Shown here piece by piece: positions 10,232-23,321 of a stretch of 64,000 bases of DNA. The stretch comes from a virus, in the IMG/VR virus record IMGVR_UViG_3300028388_001285, positions 17,998 to 81,997 of that record, one strand, 5' to 3'. The position numbers and the translations under genes were made by a program. The notes under the pieces are model-generated. The model was given only the letters and a program-made list of their open reading frames with translations. It did not search any database and was not told the origin of the DNA. The stretch's first letter is position 1. Every line of letters starts with the position of its first letter.

Positions 10232-13200
10232 ATGGCCGGAATTAGAAAATACTTGTATATAACGGATATATCAGCTTGCGACTGAAAGTCGTGTAGTGCT
10301 GGAGCTCTGCGTATTAAACAGTTTACGTTTATAAACGATGAGACTGGAAGTAACGCACCTGCTGTAAGTGCGCCGAATACACTGCCTACATCTCCTGCTG
10401 ATGAGGCTGTCCTAATTGAAACTTGGGATGACATTACCCGTTACTGGGAATACAATTGCGGTACTGGTACATGGTCACATGTATTAGATATTGCGCTGGG
10501 TGCTACTACAACGTTTGTGGCGCTGACAGATACCCCTAGCTCCTTTACTGGAGAAGGGGATAAGTACGTTAAGGTGAATACTGGGGCAACTGCCTTAGAA
10601 TTCTCGAACATAACTGCATCTGAAGTTGTGTCAGTACCATATGGTGTATTAACTTCCACTAATGTGCAGGATGCTCTCAATGAGATACAGACAAACGTAG
10701 ATAGTTTAAGCACTAACTTTACTTTCATAGATCTAGACGATACTCCTGCAACCTATAATGGTTCTGCGGCTGATATAGTCAGAACTAATGTAACTAATAC
10801 CGGGTTGGAATTCCACACACTAACCAAGTCAGATCTTGGTTTGGGCAATGTAGAGAATACAGCATTGTCAACTTGGGCTGGAAGTACGAACATAACTACA
10901 GTAGGAACTATAGGAGCTGGTACATGGCAAGGTACAGCAATAGCTGATGCCTATGTATCTGGGGCTGCGTACTGGGATAGCAAGCAAGATGGATTAACCT
11001 TCGGCATTGCAGATACTAACACAGTAGTTATAAATGCTACAGATGTAGCTGCTTTAGACTATGCACAGTTCACTGTACAAGGTCTGAGAGGTAGGGATAC
11101 ATCTGAAGTCAAACAAGATCTCAGCCTAGAGAATGTAGCTAACGTAGATATAACTACGGTAACTGACGTATCTAGTTATGGCTGGGTACTAGATGAAGAC
11201 GCAATGTCTTCAGACGACGACACAAAAGTTCCAACACAACAATCAGTTAAGGCGTATGTGGACGCAGCTGTAGTTGGAATATATACACACAAGGGAAGCT
11301 ACGATGCTGCAACTAACACACCTGACTTAGATACTAGCCCAAGCGGAATCTCTAAAGGCGATGCTTATACAGTATCTGTTGCAGGTACATTTTTCACAGA
11401 AGCTGTAGAAATAGGTGATGTATTAATAGCAGATCAAGACTCCCCCACACTTCTTAGTCACTGGACTAGGATAAACAAGAACATTGACGTAGCCACTACA
11501 ACCTCAGCAGGTATTGTAGAGTTAGCTACTGATGGAGAAGTCGCTGCCAACGTAGCTGTACAGGGTAATGACTCACGATTAAGTGATGCTAGAACTCCAG
11601 TAGCGCATACACATAGCACGAGCGATATCACTAGTGGTACGTTCGACAATGCTAGAATTGCGGAAAGTAATGTAACGCAACACGTAGCGGCTATAGATCA
11701 CGGCTCCCTAGCTGGAGTCAGTGACGATGACCATACTATGTACACTAGAGCTGATGGTACTAGGGACTTTAGTGCAACAGTGAGCTACGCCTCACACCCT
11801 ACCTTCACCTCTGATACCGAACTGGTAGATAAGAAATATGTAGACGACGAGGTAATAGCTTCTGGAGGCTACAATGACGAAAGCGCGCAGGATGCCATAG
11901 GCACTATACTGTTAGATAGTTCCGAAATTGACTTTACGTATGATGACGGTACTCCAAGTATAACTGCAACATTAGTGAACAGTAGTATCGACGAAACCAA
12001 GTTAGATGTAAGTGTGAATGCTAGTTTAGATTTAGCCGACACTTCACTACAATCTGGTGACAATATTTCTGTACTAACTAATGATTCAGGGTACTTAACC
12101 GGTAACGAGAGTATTACTCTGACCGGAGACCTCAGCGGGACTGGCACCACCTCAATTAATGCGAGCCTTGCTGCTGACACAGTAGGTGTTAGTGAATTGA
12201 ATACCACTGGTACCCCAGACGGAACGAAGTTCCTTAGGGACGATATGACCTGGGTTACAGTAAGTACTTCCGAGAGTAATGACTTGGCAACTGACGGTGT
12301 GACCGGAATAGCTGACGATCAACTAGTGGTAGGTACTGCGAGTGGTACAGCCGCTTATAAAACATTAACTTCAGGAATACTAACTTATGACACTACGACA
12401 AATAATTTTACGTCTATTACTGATAGCAGTTCTAATTGGGACGCTGCCTATACTCATGTTAGTAATAATGGTACTGACCATGCTTACATTGACCAAGACG
12501 TCACTAGTACTGGTACTCCTACTTTTGCTTCTGTTGACGTAGGAAACACGGGACTCACAGTAGGTACTTCTGTACCATTCTCTGATTCAAGTGGAACGTT
12601 GACGTTACAGAATGTGGATGCAATCGACGCAACCACCGAGAGTACATTAGAAGCGGCCCTAGATCATAATAGTCTGCAAGGTTTAACTACAGGAGATCCA
12701 CACACGCAGTATTCATTAGTAGATGGTTCAAGAGATTATACTGCTAAGGTAGCTTATTCCGCACACCCCACATTCACAGCTGACACTGAAATAGTGGACA
12801 AGAAGTATGTGGACGACGCTATAACAGCCGGTGGAGGATACACCGATGAAGATGCACAAGATGCAGTTGCTACTGCACTTACTGATACTAGTGAGATAGC
12901 TTGGACATATGCCGACATAGCTGGTGAGATCACAGCCGACATTGTAGCTGGCAGTATAGATGAGACTAAACTCGACACTAGTGTGAACGCTAGTTTAGAT
13001 TTAGCGGACTCAGCCCTACAGTCGGGAGATAGTGTATCTGATCTAACCAATGATGCTGGGTATTTACTATCTACGGACATAGACACATTAGCGGAATTGA
13101 ACGCTATTGTAGGTGACGCTACACTAATTGACACTACTGATAGTAGGTTGTCAGATGCTAGAACACCTACGGCACACAACCACACAGCGTCAGAGATTAC

Positions 13201-16200
13201 TGATTTTGATACTGAGGTATCGAATAATACTAGTGTGGCTGCCAACACTGCTAAAGAGACTAACGTTACCACAAACTTAGGCTACACACCCAGTCCTACC
13301 GATGGTACTGTTACATCAAGTGACGGTACTGATGCGACGCTTACATTAGCAACGGGTGTGAATGCTGGGCTTTTAGCCCCCGCAGACTTTACTGTATTAT
13401 CTAATACATCTGGTACCAACACTGGAGACCAAGTTGTACCAAGTGACCTTACTGACTTTACTGAGCAGACTGCCTGGAGTGTATTTTACTCCGACGGTGC
13501 TGGAGATGTAACGGAGTTAGCTTTGGGAGCATCTGGCACTGTGTTGCAATCAAACGGCGCAGCTGCCGCACCTACATTTGAAACAACTTCTTCTGTAGAA
13601 GCACTCTCTGATTTAACTGACATAGACGGTCTGAATTACACTGCTGGTAACCTACTGGTAGCTGATGGTACTGACAGCTATGATTCTGGTAAATTGGAAA
13701 CAACAAGCTTAGGTACAGATATATCAGACATGTTTGGCATTGTAGATGGAATGGCATTCGATAAACCATCCCTCAGCATTGCTGATGTAGCTGGCGATCT
13801 AGTATTAAGTGTCACCAACATTGCTGGAGGTGATATGGAATTCTGGATTGGTGGAGAGAAGTCGGTTTTGGATTGCGATCCTACCGCAGCTACAGTTACC
13901 CTCACTGAGGGCACTGACGCTAACACACCTGCTACTAACTACATATATGTAACTAACTCTGGAGGGACTGCGACACTTCAAGCAAGTACAACGTTACCTA
14001 CAGGGGCATTTGCATGGATAGGAAAAGTTGTAGTACCAGACTCAGTCACATGGGGAACTACTGGAGCCTATGCGTTCCAGAGATACACGGAAGCCTTTAT
14101 AAATAGTTCTAGGGGTGCTCTCTCACACGAGCGTGAGAAACTACGGGCCTTAGGTGCTGTATACATTAATGGTGTAAATCAGACACTGACTATAGATACT
14201 GTAGCTTCACCAGATAGTGTACATCTAGAAACTACTACGGGCACAATTTACCAACTACACCGACAAACTTTTCCAGCGTTTACTACTGGACCGTATTACT
14301 ATGGTAATGGTACCAATATATACGAACAGATCAGTGACCTCAATGGGGTTTTGGAATTGGTAGATGGTACAGCCATTGCCGATAACGATAGATATAACTT
14401 AGTCGTATGAGGAGCAGTTAACATAACCACTGGAGAAAGTAAGTTGTTTGTAAACACACCAACTGGTGTCTATTCTTCGGATGCCAATGCAATAGCTGAC
14501 GCAAACAATACAGCAGATTACAGTGTACCAGACGATATGCGATCCGTAGCATTCTTGGTAGCTAGACTAGTGTTGCGGTACGATGCGCAGGGAGGCGGAG
14601 AGTTTAGCGCACTAGGTGACGGAACCTATTCATTGCTGGGCGTACCTGTAGGAGTCAGATCGGGAGGATCTGGAGCTGTAGCTTCTAGTGAATTTTCTGA
14701 CTCACAGTTTAGATTATTCTCTGATACGGATAGTACTGCTCAGATAGCTTTAGATGCAGGTAATGTTACTACTGGAAATGTTCGTACCATAACAATGGCG
14801 GACACCGATGTAGACTTAGCCAATTTGCCTACAGCTGCTGAGAAGACTATACTGGGTAACACTTCAGGAAGTAATACCGGAGACCAAACTACTATAGTAG
14901 GGATCACTGGAACCAAGGCAGAATTTGATGCTGCTGTTACAGACGGCAATTTCTTGTATGTAGGCGATGCTCCAACGGCGCACACTCATACAGCATCAGA
15001 GGTAACAGACTTCGACACTGAAGTAAGTAACAATACAGATGTAGCGGCTAACACATCTGCAAGACACACACAACATACAGATACTGGAACTACCAGCCAA
15101 ACGTTCACACTACACAGCGGAGATGCTTCTCCCGTGAAAGTGAAGAACTCTAGCGGTGAGTTACAGGTAAGAAATAATGCCGATAGTGCTTACGCTGATC
15201 TGCGAGTAGCTAACCTCACTGTAGAGGGCACTACTACCACGATTAACTCAGAGACGCTTACTATCGACGACAATATAATTGTACTCAACAATAATGAAGC
15301 TGGCACTCCTTCGGAGAATGCTGGCGTAGAAGTCGAACGTGGTACTTCAACAAACGCTTCCTTAATATGGGACGAAAGCTCCGATGTATGGAAAGCTGGA
15401 GAGTCCGGCTCTGAAACTGAGATCTCATTGCTTGGACACTCACACTCAATCACTGATGTCACTGGGACTAAGGCACAATTTGATTCAGCCTTATCTGACG
15501 GTTCGTTCGCCTATTCTGGGGACGCTCCGACAGCGCACGTACATGCTGCTTCAGATGTAACATCTGGAACATTCCATAACGATAGGATATCGCAGAGCAG
15601 TGTACTGCAACATGAAGGAGGAATCAACCATGATAATTTGTTTGGATTTTCTAACGATGAACACGTTGCACACAGTACTGTCAGTATTGCCACACAGCAT
15701 TCATTGACAGGCGGCGGCACTATAGCTGCCACTAGAACATTAAATCTAGTCAATGATGCAGCCTCACCAGGCAACAGTAAGTTGTACGGTACAGATGGTA
15801 GTGGCACGAAAGGGTGGTATGATCAACCTATTGCTGGAACAGTTGATGGCAGTGGAGCTGCTGGACAAGTAGCATACTGGTCAGACACTGACACTTTAAC
15901 TAGTAATGCTATACTAAGCTTAAACCCAGGTGGTAATCAAGTAACAATAAATGACGGGGTGTTAAGCCTTGAGGAGCGAGCTGCTGCTATAACTAGCTCT
16001 GCTGGTTACGGGCAGATATGGGTAAAGAATGACAGCCCAAATAACTTGTACTTCACTGGCGATGACGGTGTGGATATAAAGTTGAATTTAGTAGTTGGTA
16101 CTGATGTTCAGGCATACAGCTCTAACCTAGATTCATGGGCAGCAGTAAACGAATCATCTTATTACAACTCTACGGAGACAGACAGTGCGATAAGTACTGC

Positions 16201-18184
16201 TGTAGGAGATTACACTCTGACTACTGACTTGGCATCCACAGCTAACGCTAAAGGGGCTAGTCTAATAGGAATAGAAGATAGTGGGACATTGTTTGCTGCC
16301 ACTAATGTAGAAGCAGCTTTAGCCGAGCTTGCTGGAGCAAGTTATGTAGACGCTACTAATGGTGCGGCCAATCGCATAGCTGTATTCACTGATGTGGATA
16401 CAGTAAATGGTGATGCTGACTTTACCTGGAATGGTACTACGCTAGTAGTTAACGGACAGAGTACGATACAGCAATATAACAATGGAGCTAATAGTGTGTT
16501 TACATATAAAGCTGGAGGACAAGATCTCAACAGCTTTAGAATGGTTACTGATTTAGATAGTTCGGCTAATCTTGAATCCGTCAAATTTACCACATATACG
16601 ACCTCTGCGGCTGCTGATGCAGGACAGTTTATTTTTGAGGTGGATGAAACACAGAAGCTTGTTATTGACAGTGGAGGAATAGAAGTTACAGGAACTATTA
16701 CTGGAGATTTAACCGGTAACGTAACTGGGAATGTCTCAGGAACAGCTGCTACTGTAACAGCGGCAGCCCAACCTAACATTACAACACTTGGGACATTGAC
16801 CTCATTGACGGTAGACACTATAAACATAGACAGTAATAACATAACTGGCTTAAGTGGAAATCTCAACATTACTCCAGCAGCGGGAGGAAGCATCACTTTA
16901 GATAATACAATAGACATTGATGCCGGTGTAGTTACCGGAGCCACGTCAATTACTTCTACCAGTTTTGTTGGAGACTTGACTGGAAATGCTGATACCGTAA
17001 CAACTAATGCGAATCTTACTGGCGAAGTTACCTCTACAGGTAACGCAGCAGTAATAGATTCTACTGCTATATCTAATAAGACTCTAGTGACTGCCGCTAC
17101 TGGCGACATGTTTTTAATTACCGATGCATCTGATTCTGGAAACTTAAAGCGAGTTAATGCCATTGATTTTCTAGGTACAGGTACTGTTACCGCTACTGAC
17201 GGAGCAGATAATCGGATTGCAGTGTTCACTAACTCTTCAAATATTGAAGGTGACGCAGGACTTACTTGGGATGGAGTAGGTAATAAGTTCATTGTTGAAG
17301 GTGATATCCTTATAAATTCTGACGGAGGAAGTCCAAGTTTATCTCTCAAAGAAGACACAACTAATAATGTCGGTCTATATACCACATTCAATTCAGGCAA
17401 TCTAGAGAGAGCTTATATCAACACTAAAAGTGATGGCGGAGCTGACTACGGTAGATTTGAAATCTATGTAAAAGACACTCTAACACTCACACTAGATGAC
17501 GATGGCGCAGATTTAGAAGGAAGTTTGTTCCTTAAAGAGCAGGCAGCCGCTGCCACTGATGTCACAGGTTACGGACAACTCTGAGCTAAGACTGATGGAT
17601 CATTATGGTTCACTGATGATGTGGGAACCTCTACAGATCTACTTGCTGCCGCATCTGGAATGGCAAGCTTTACTGTTACCGCTGACAGCGGGACAAACCA
17701 GACAATAACTAACGCACAAACATTAGACATAGCTGGAGGTACTAATATCACAACTACTGTTGCGGATACCGACACTGTGACCATCAATTTAGATAGTCAC
17801 AATCATACTATGTCAGAACTTAGTGATCGCACTGAGTACATAATGATAAATGAATTCCTCGCAAGTACTACTATCGAGGATGGAGACGGTGAGGTAGCTT
17901 CAATGATACCCGTCGACTTAAACAATTACTATATTATCTCTATGGAAGCTAAAGCTGTTTCAGCTACCGGCTCGGACGCTACTACTGTAACGGTCGAGAA
18001 GAATGGTACGGCAATAACTGGGTTAACTGTGACACTTAATACAGGCAACTCTTGGTACGCTTCCGATACGCCTACTAGCTCGACGCAAGTGGCAACTGGA
18101 GATATACTTAGACTTTCAATTTCCTCTACCACTGGGACCGCCACAGGTTTAGTTGGAGTAATTAAACTGAGGAAAACATCTTAA
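10232..18184 (+). CDS. Giant tail fibre protein (~2650 aa; TGA=Trp at 10283, 14408, 17582)
   Basis: ATG 10232 and ORFs 10517..14410, 14444..17584 and 17621..18184 are one frame separated only by TGA. Fibre motifs include HxH repeats, DLGLGNVEN, VPTQQSVKAYVD and AGVEVERGTSTN; T/D/S/G-rich. Confidence 0.85.
11696..13066 (+). repeat. Diverged internal duplication (~135 aa, two copies) in the tail fibre
   Basis: Copies at ~11696-12097 and ~12662-13066 share HPTFTxDTExVDKKYVDD, AQDA, SIDETKLDxSVNASLDLAD and LTNDxGYL. Confidence 0.85.
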
Positions 18185-18206
18185 AATTAAATAAAATAAT
18201 ATAATC

Positions 18207-19907
18207 ATGCCTCAATTTTTTGTAGACGCAAATAGAACTGCTTTTGACGCGAAGAAAAGAACTTTGCCAACGGAGATTTATTTGCCAGTAAATTTAGGAC
18301 GTGCGACGGCAAAAGATACTACCGATTCTGTCGGTTCGTTTTTGGGTGCAACTCCCTCTGACTCAGTTAACTTGTGGGAATGGATTGAATACAAAAGTGC
18401 AGCTGACCCTGTAACTGATGTAGCAGATCTTAGAACCCTATCTGGAACTTCTGACGGAGATTCAACACTTGGTACCTTCACCGGATCAACTGTTGCTGAT
18501 GGAGAAACGATTAAGGGAGCTATCCAAGATTTGGAAACTGCTTTCGAAGCGCTTACTGCGCCATCGTATTACGCAGATGTAGTATCTACTACTAATGTAA
18601 CTTTGTCTGGGGAACAGACTATTGACGGAGTATTAACTTCTGCCAGTAGAGTTCTCTTAACAGGGCAAACAGATACCTCTGAGAATGGAGTGTACACAAC
18701 TGCTGCTGGAGCATGGACTAGAATTCCAGAATTAAACAGTGCTGGCGAGTTTACTAAAGGTAAACTTATCTCAGTACTTAGTGGAACAACTTACTCTGAC
18801 ACTGTTTGGATGAACCAAGCGGCTGTCGAAACCCTTGAAACAAGTGGTATTACCATATCCCCACTTAGCGCTACTGCTATAGTACTTGATACTACACCAC
18901 AGCTTGGTGGAATGCTTGACGTAAACGGACAAGCTATTGGAGATGGAACTAACGAACTTATAGTATTTTCTGAAACTGGCTCAGCCGTGAATGAAATTAC
19001 TATTACTAACGCAGCTACTGCTGGTGCTCCTAGCATTACAGCTAGTGGTGATGATACCAATATTGCTCTTAACCTTGACGGTAAAGGTACTGGAGATGTT
19101 ACCATCTCTGATTCTAACCTTGCTGTTACTGGCAACATTACTGTTACTGGTACTGTAGATACCAGAGATATCGCAGATGATGGTGACGCTATAGACAACT
19201 TAGTCACCTTGAGTGGTGTAGCTAAAGATGCAACTAGTGTTGGAACAATTGACGAAGGTGCTATTATCTCTGACACTACTATAGTAGGAGCTCTTGGAGA
19301 ACTTTCCGTAGACCTCGACGCTATGCGTATTCTCAGTGGGGTTGCTGCTGAAGCTGTTGATTTAGGAGCTATCGCTGGCGGCAATGTCGTCACTGATAAC
19401 AGTACTATACTCACGGCAATCACTGAGCTCGACGTAGATCTTACGGCATTACAAACTGCTGTTGGAATTAATGCAGAAGCTACTCACTTGGGAGTATTCT
19501 CAGGTACAACTATTAGCGATAATCAGACTGCTAAGGCTGCGATTCAAGCTTTAGAGACTGCTCTCGAAGTAGAAGAAAATACTGGCTACATCAGCCTTAC
19601 TAAGGTAGGAGCTGTTGCTGATGGTAATCACGACTTGTTCGTAATCCCAGCCGCACTGAATGGTTTAGACATCAAACGTGTCGATGTAGCTGCTGCTTCT
19701 GGTGCAGGTACTTGTGATGTACAACTCACCTCTGGTGGTGATAATGTACTCACATCTGCTCTAAGTATTAGCGGAACAACTGCTGCTTCATCTACTGGTA
19801 TAGCAGATGGAGGACTCGCAACTGGTGAACTCTTGATTGCAGTTATAAGTAGTTATTCAGCTACCCTGACCGACATGGCAATAACTGTAACATACGGACC
19901 TGCGTAA
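18207..19907 (+). CDS. Second tail fibre/spike protein
   Basis: LSGEQTIDGV...RVLLTGQTDTSENGVY and DTTPQLGGMLDVNG fibre modules; LGxFxGxTIxDxxTxKxAIQxLETA repeats. Confidence 0.75.
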   Translation: MPQFFVDANRTAFDAKKRTLPTEIYLPVNLGRATAKDTTDSVGSFLGATPSDSVNLWEWIEYKSAADPVTDVADLRTLSGTSDGDSTLGTFTGSTVADGETIKGAIQDLETAFEALTAPSYYADVVSTTNVTLSGEQTIDGVLTSASRVLLTGQTDTSENGVYTTAAGAWTRIPELNSAGEFTKGKLISVLSGTTYSDTVWMNQAAVETLETSGITISPLSATAIVLDTTPQLGGMLDVNGQAIGDGTNELIVFSETGSAVNEITITNAATAGAPSITASGDDTNIALNLDGKGTGDVTISDSNLAVTGNITVTGTVDTRDIADDGDAIDNLVTLSGVAKDATSVGTIDEGAIISDTTIVGALGELSVDLDAMRILSGVAAEAVDLGAIAGGNVVTDNSTILTAITELDVDLTALQTAVGINAEATHLGVFSGTTISDNQTAKAAIQALETALEVEENTGYISLTKVGAVADGNHDLFVIPAALNGLDIKRVDVAAASGAGTCDVQLTSGGDNVLTSALSISGTTAASSTGIADGGLATGELLIAVISSYSATLTDMAITVTYGPA

Positions 19908-19917
19908 AAAACTAACA

Positions 19918-20436
19918 ATGAAATATCTACTGTCTTTACTACTGATGTTAACTATGATCATGAGCTTAAATGCTCAACGCAATGATTATAGACTATGATT
20001 TACACAACTAAGTGTACAAGCACCGATATGTATTGACGGAAGAACTGAAGCATACAAAGAGTTTGGGCACAGTCCTAACTTTGAGTGGGAGGCTGGATAC
20101 GAATGGCACTTGGATGCCGGATGAATCGCTCCAGTCACCCAACTCACGTATGCAGTTGACCGAGATATATTCAAGCATAAGTCTAGAAGTTACCTCCGAT
20201 TAAAGCAGGGGTTTGACTTCTTACCTGATGAAGATAGTGATCTCATAGTATTCTTACCTATTCGGAATATCAGGTTAACTGGATGGAAGTTCTGGAAAGG
20301 AGAATACAATTCCCCATTTCTTACCGAGATGCGCTGGAGGTACAACGACGATTGAAAATTTAGACTGGCTTGGGAATTCTATAAGGATACCTTTCTTGTA
20401 AGAGCCGGAGTCACAATAAACATATACAAATGGTAA
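19918..20436 (+). CDS. Signal-peptide-bearing, outer-membrane beta-barrel-like protein (172 aa; absent from the ORF track)
   Basis: MKYLLSLLLMLTMIMSLNA-Q signal peptide; TGA=Trp at 19996, 20122 and 20353; alternating amphipathic strands; ends VRAGVTINIYKW-TAA. It fills the gap between its neighbours exactly. Confidence 0.7.
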
Positions 20437-20909
20437 TTACAACTGCAAGTGATTGTGGCAGTCTAACTGTTACGTCACCATTGTTTGTAGATTCACAAGA
20501 GCCCACATATACACTTGAATACAAGTCTTGTGGTGACACAGAGTTTACTACGATGGATATAACGTTCGGTACTGGGATACCGCAATATACCATTACCCCA
20601 ACTATGCTTGGACAAACGGATGAGATTTGTGACGGTATCTACTGTTTCAAACTCACTGCTACTTATACTGACGAATCCATAGCTGTGGAGTATGCTCAGG
20701 AGTTTGTAGATTGTGTTGCCAAGTGTAATATAGTAGACATTATGATGGAGACTTTGAGCTCGGATGTTCGTCAATGGTACGAAGCCGTGCATGACTCCAC
20801 TGAATGTTTCTACTGTGATTGCGAAAAGACTTGTGACCTATACCAAATCTATTTAGATATAGTGGCCAATTCAGAGGCCAACCTAAGTAATCCCTGCACG
20901 AAATGCTAA
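20430..20909 (+). CDS. Cys-rich tail-associated protein (possible tail hub)
   Basis: 159 aa; DGIYCFKL motif and CxxCxC cluster; located in the tail module. Confidence 0.45.
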   Translation: MVITTASDCGSLTVTSPLFVDSQEPTYTLEYKSCGDTEFTTMDITFGTGIPQYTITPTMLGQTDEICDGIYCFKLTATYTDESIAVEYAQEFVDCVAKCNIVDIMMETLSSDVRQWYEAVHDSTECFYCDCEKTCDLYQIYLDIVANSEANLSNPCTKC

Positions 20910-21211
20910 CCTATAAATGCGTTGCAACGCACCTGCGACATAAAGGCGTTCTAGAAAAGAAGTACGGCTTGCACTGCAAGACTGGGGACTGCTATGCGTC
21001 TATCGCAACAGAGTATAGAAATATATACTTTATTAGAAATAACTCTAGCTGTTTAGATACGGATTCATGCATTCCTACCAAACCTTTAAGTTGTACAGGA
21101 ACTCCCATCTGTCCAAGTATACTCAGTAATTGTGAACTCACATTAACTGATATTACACCGATAGATACAAACTGCACCGTATTTGGGATAGTACAAAACC
21201 CTACAGTATAA
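20903..21211 (+). CDS. Cys-rich hypothetical tail-associated protein
   Basis: 102 aa, overlapping both neighbours. Confidence 0.5.
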   Translation: MLTYKCVATHLRHKGVLEKKYGLHCKTGDCYASIATEYRNIYFIRNNSSCLDTDSCIPTKPLSCTGTPICPSILSNCELTLTDITPIDTNCTVFGIVQNPTV

Positions 21212-22701
21212 TGATAACAGTAACTATAAATTTAAGTATAACTGGAGGGACAGCCCCTTTTAAGTACTGGGTAACACACACTTGTCCAGACGCTGTTGTG
21301 ATAACGAATCCTACTGGCACATCTACTACTGATACTATAGATGTGACCGTACAGTTTCCGAACACGACAGTTCTAACTAATTGTGCTAACCTGTTTACTC
21401 TTAGAGTGGAAGACGCTTTAGGATGTATTGGAGAGTGGAGTATCGGATTTCATAATCCATGTGTAGATTTTTCTTTAGGCACTGTACAAAATTCTGCTCC
21501 ATATACCTACTGGGTTAGCCCTACAGGTAACAATGGACCAGTGACGTACTCATGGTCAATACCTTCATTCATGGAGTTCTTGAACAGTACCAGTACAGAT
21601 GACGTAATACATCTTAAGATTAAGGATAATTACTCACCTCCTGCTGGGGGTATATCTGGAACTATCACTGTCTTTGGTACCGATGAGGTAGGGTGTACAG
21701 CAACTGCTACTACTGTAGTCAGTGTATGTAAACCTACAGCATTTGAACAAGAGTACTCAGCTTACTGTACTGGTAACGGGGAAGACCCATTCTACATAGT
21801 AGAGTGGTTGCCGATCTGAGATCCAGCAATCTCTCCTTGTGAGGAGGGTCAGTGGGCTACAGTAAATGGCGTAAGCGATTCCATCAAGGATTGGTATAGA
21901 GTGGATACAGGGGTACAAGAAACCTCTATTAGCACTGAGTTAATATTTGACGGGAAGATACAAGCTAGACCATTCTTCAGTCAAGATTTAAGCTTAACAG
22001 ATCCAGTGACGTACAAGGCAGTTTACACAGTAACTACTTTGAACGGTGTTGTGACTGACCCTACTACTCTACTACTCACAGTATATCCATGTGAAGAGGG
22101 AGGAAGACCTATGGGCATTACTTTAAATGCACAGGCTAACTGCCTTGGAGATGATATAGAACTTGACTTAGAGGACATAGTACACTCTAGCAGTAGTACT
22201 ATTGACTGGACCACATTCAACATAATCACTGACGCAGCTGTTGCAGGAGCTACAACCTCTTGGGATGGTGTAACCAGAACGCTGACTTACAGCCCTGGTG
22301 TACTAGCTGGAGTAGATAAAGTTGAATGGGAAGTAGCTGATGCAAACGGTATATTCTCAGGAAAGATAAACATTTACTTTGATTTGGACTGTCCGGCTGT
22401 GATTACAGCCACTGACGACACGGCATGTGTAGTCTGCGGAACTACTACAAGTATAGACGTACTTGCAAATGACGTAGGAGACTTTGACCCACTGTCGTTA
22501 CAGATAGCTCAGTTCCCACAATATGGAGCTGCTACCGTAATCAATAACGAAATAGTTTACACCATCCCAGCCAATGTAGCTGGAACGGATGTAATCAAAT
22601 ACCAAGTTAAGAATAGAAATCATACCGGGGTATCTAACCTCGGAACCTTAGACATAGAAATAGTATGCGCTGGTTCAGATAACTCTACTTTAGCTTGCTA
22701 A
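21211..22701 (+). CDS. Ig-like/cadherin-like (Big_9-type) multidomain fibre protein, one TGA=Trp
   Basis: ORFs 21211..21819 and 21901..22701 are joined in frame through TGA 21817. Motifs ITGGTAPFKY and ATDD...TSIDVLAND...PQYG...IVYT...GTDVIKYQV. Confidence 0.75.
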
Positions 22702-22729
22702 TTTAAATAAACCTATAATATAATATAAA

Positions 22730-23305
22730 ATGGCTTGTACATTTAATTTATTTGATAGACTTACTGGTACACCGCAGACTGGGGGAACTTGGTCAAAAGA
22801 TGGTGGTAACCCACAAGACGTTGTGTTGACTGGAGCTCACTTAGGAACTTTCGATCCTTCAGGGCTAGTCCTGGGAACTTACACGTTTACCTATTCTGTA
22901 GGTGCCGTGCCTTGCGACGATACAGCTGATGTTGTAGTAACCGTTAACGCGACCGCAGTGGCTGGTGATGACGTATCCAAGACTTATTGTACCACTGATA
23001 CCACACAATACAACCTGTATAATTTGATTACAGGTAGTCCGGATTCGGACGGTGATTGGCAAGCTGGCACATCTGGTGTAACTTCAGCTGGTTATGACGA
23101 TAACAGTACTTCAACTGTTACTGACGATACGTTCCAACCTAGCTTAGTGGCAGAAGGTACCTACGTGTTCATCTATAACGTGAATCATGGTGATGGTAAT
23201 ACACCTCCTGGTTGCGATAGTTGTACCGACAGCTCTACTTTAACTATTAACGTAGTTGCAACTGGTGACGCAGGTGGAAACGGCGTAGCTACTGCTTGTA
23301 ACTAA
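22730..23305 (+). CDS. Ig-like repeat protein resembling Bacteroidota surface-adhesin repeats
   Basis: Two repeats of NLFxxLTGxPxxGGxW...FxPS...GTYxFxYxV...C.D...V.V.V...AG.D/N. Confidence 0.7.
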   Translation: MACTFNLFDRLTGTPQTGGTWSKDGGNPQDVVLTGAHLGTFDPSGLVLGTYTFTYSVGAVPCDDTADVVVTVNATAVAGDDVSKTYCTTDTTQYNLYNLITGSPDSDGDWQAGTSGVTSAGYDDNSTSTVTDDTFQPSLVAEGTYVFIYNVNHGDGNTPPGCDSCTDSSTLTINVVATGDAGGNGVATACN

Positions 23306-23321
23306 TAACTAACTACAACAC

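Noticed and set aside
16342-17400. Long antisense ORFs (e.g. 16342..17400, 18791..19423, 47909..48457)
   Set aside because: They are shadows of plus-strand genes, Ser/Val/Pro-rich and without motifs.
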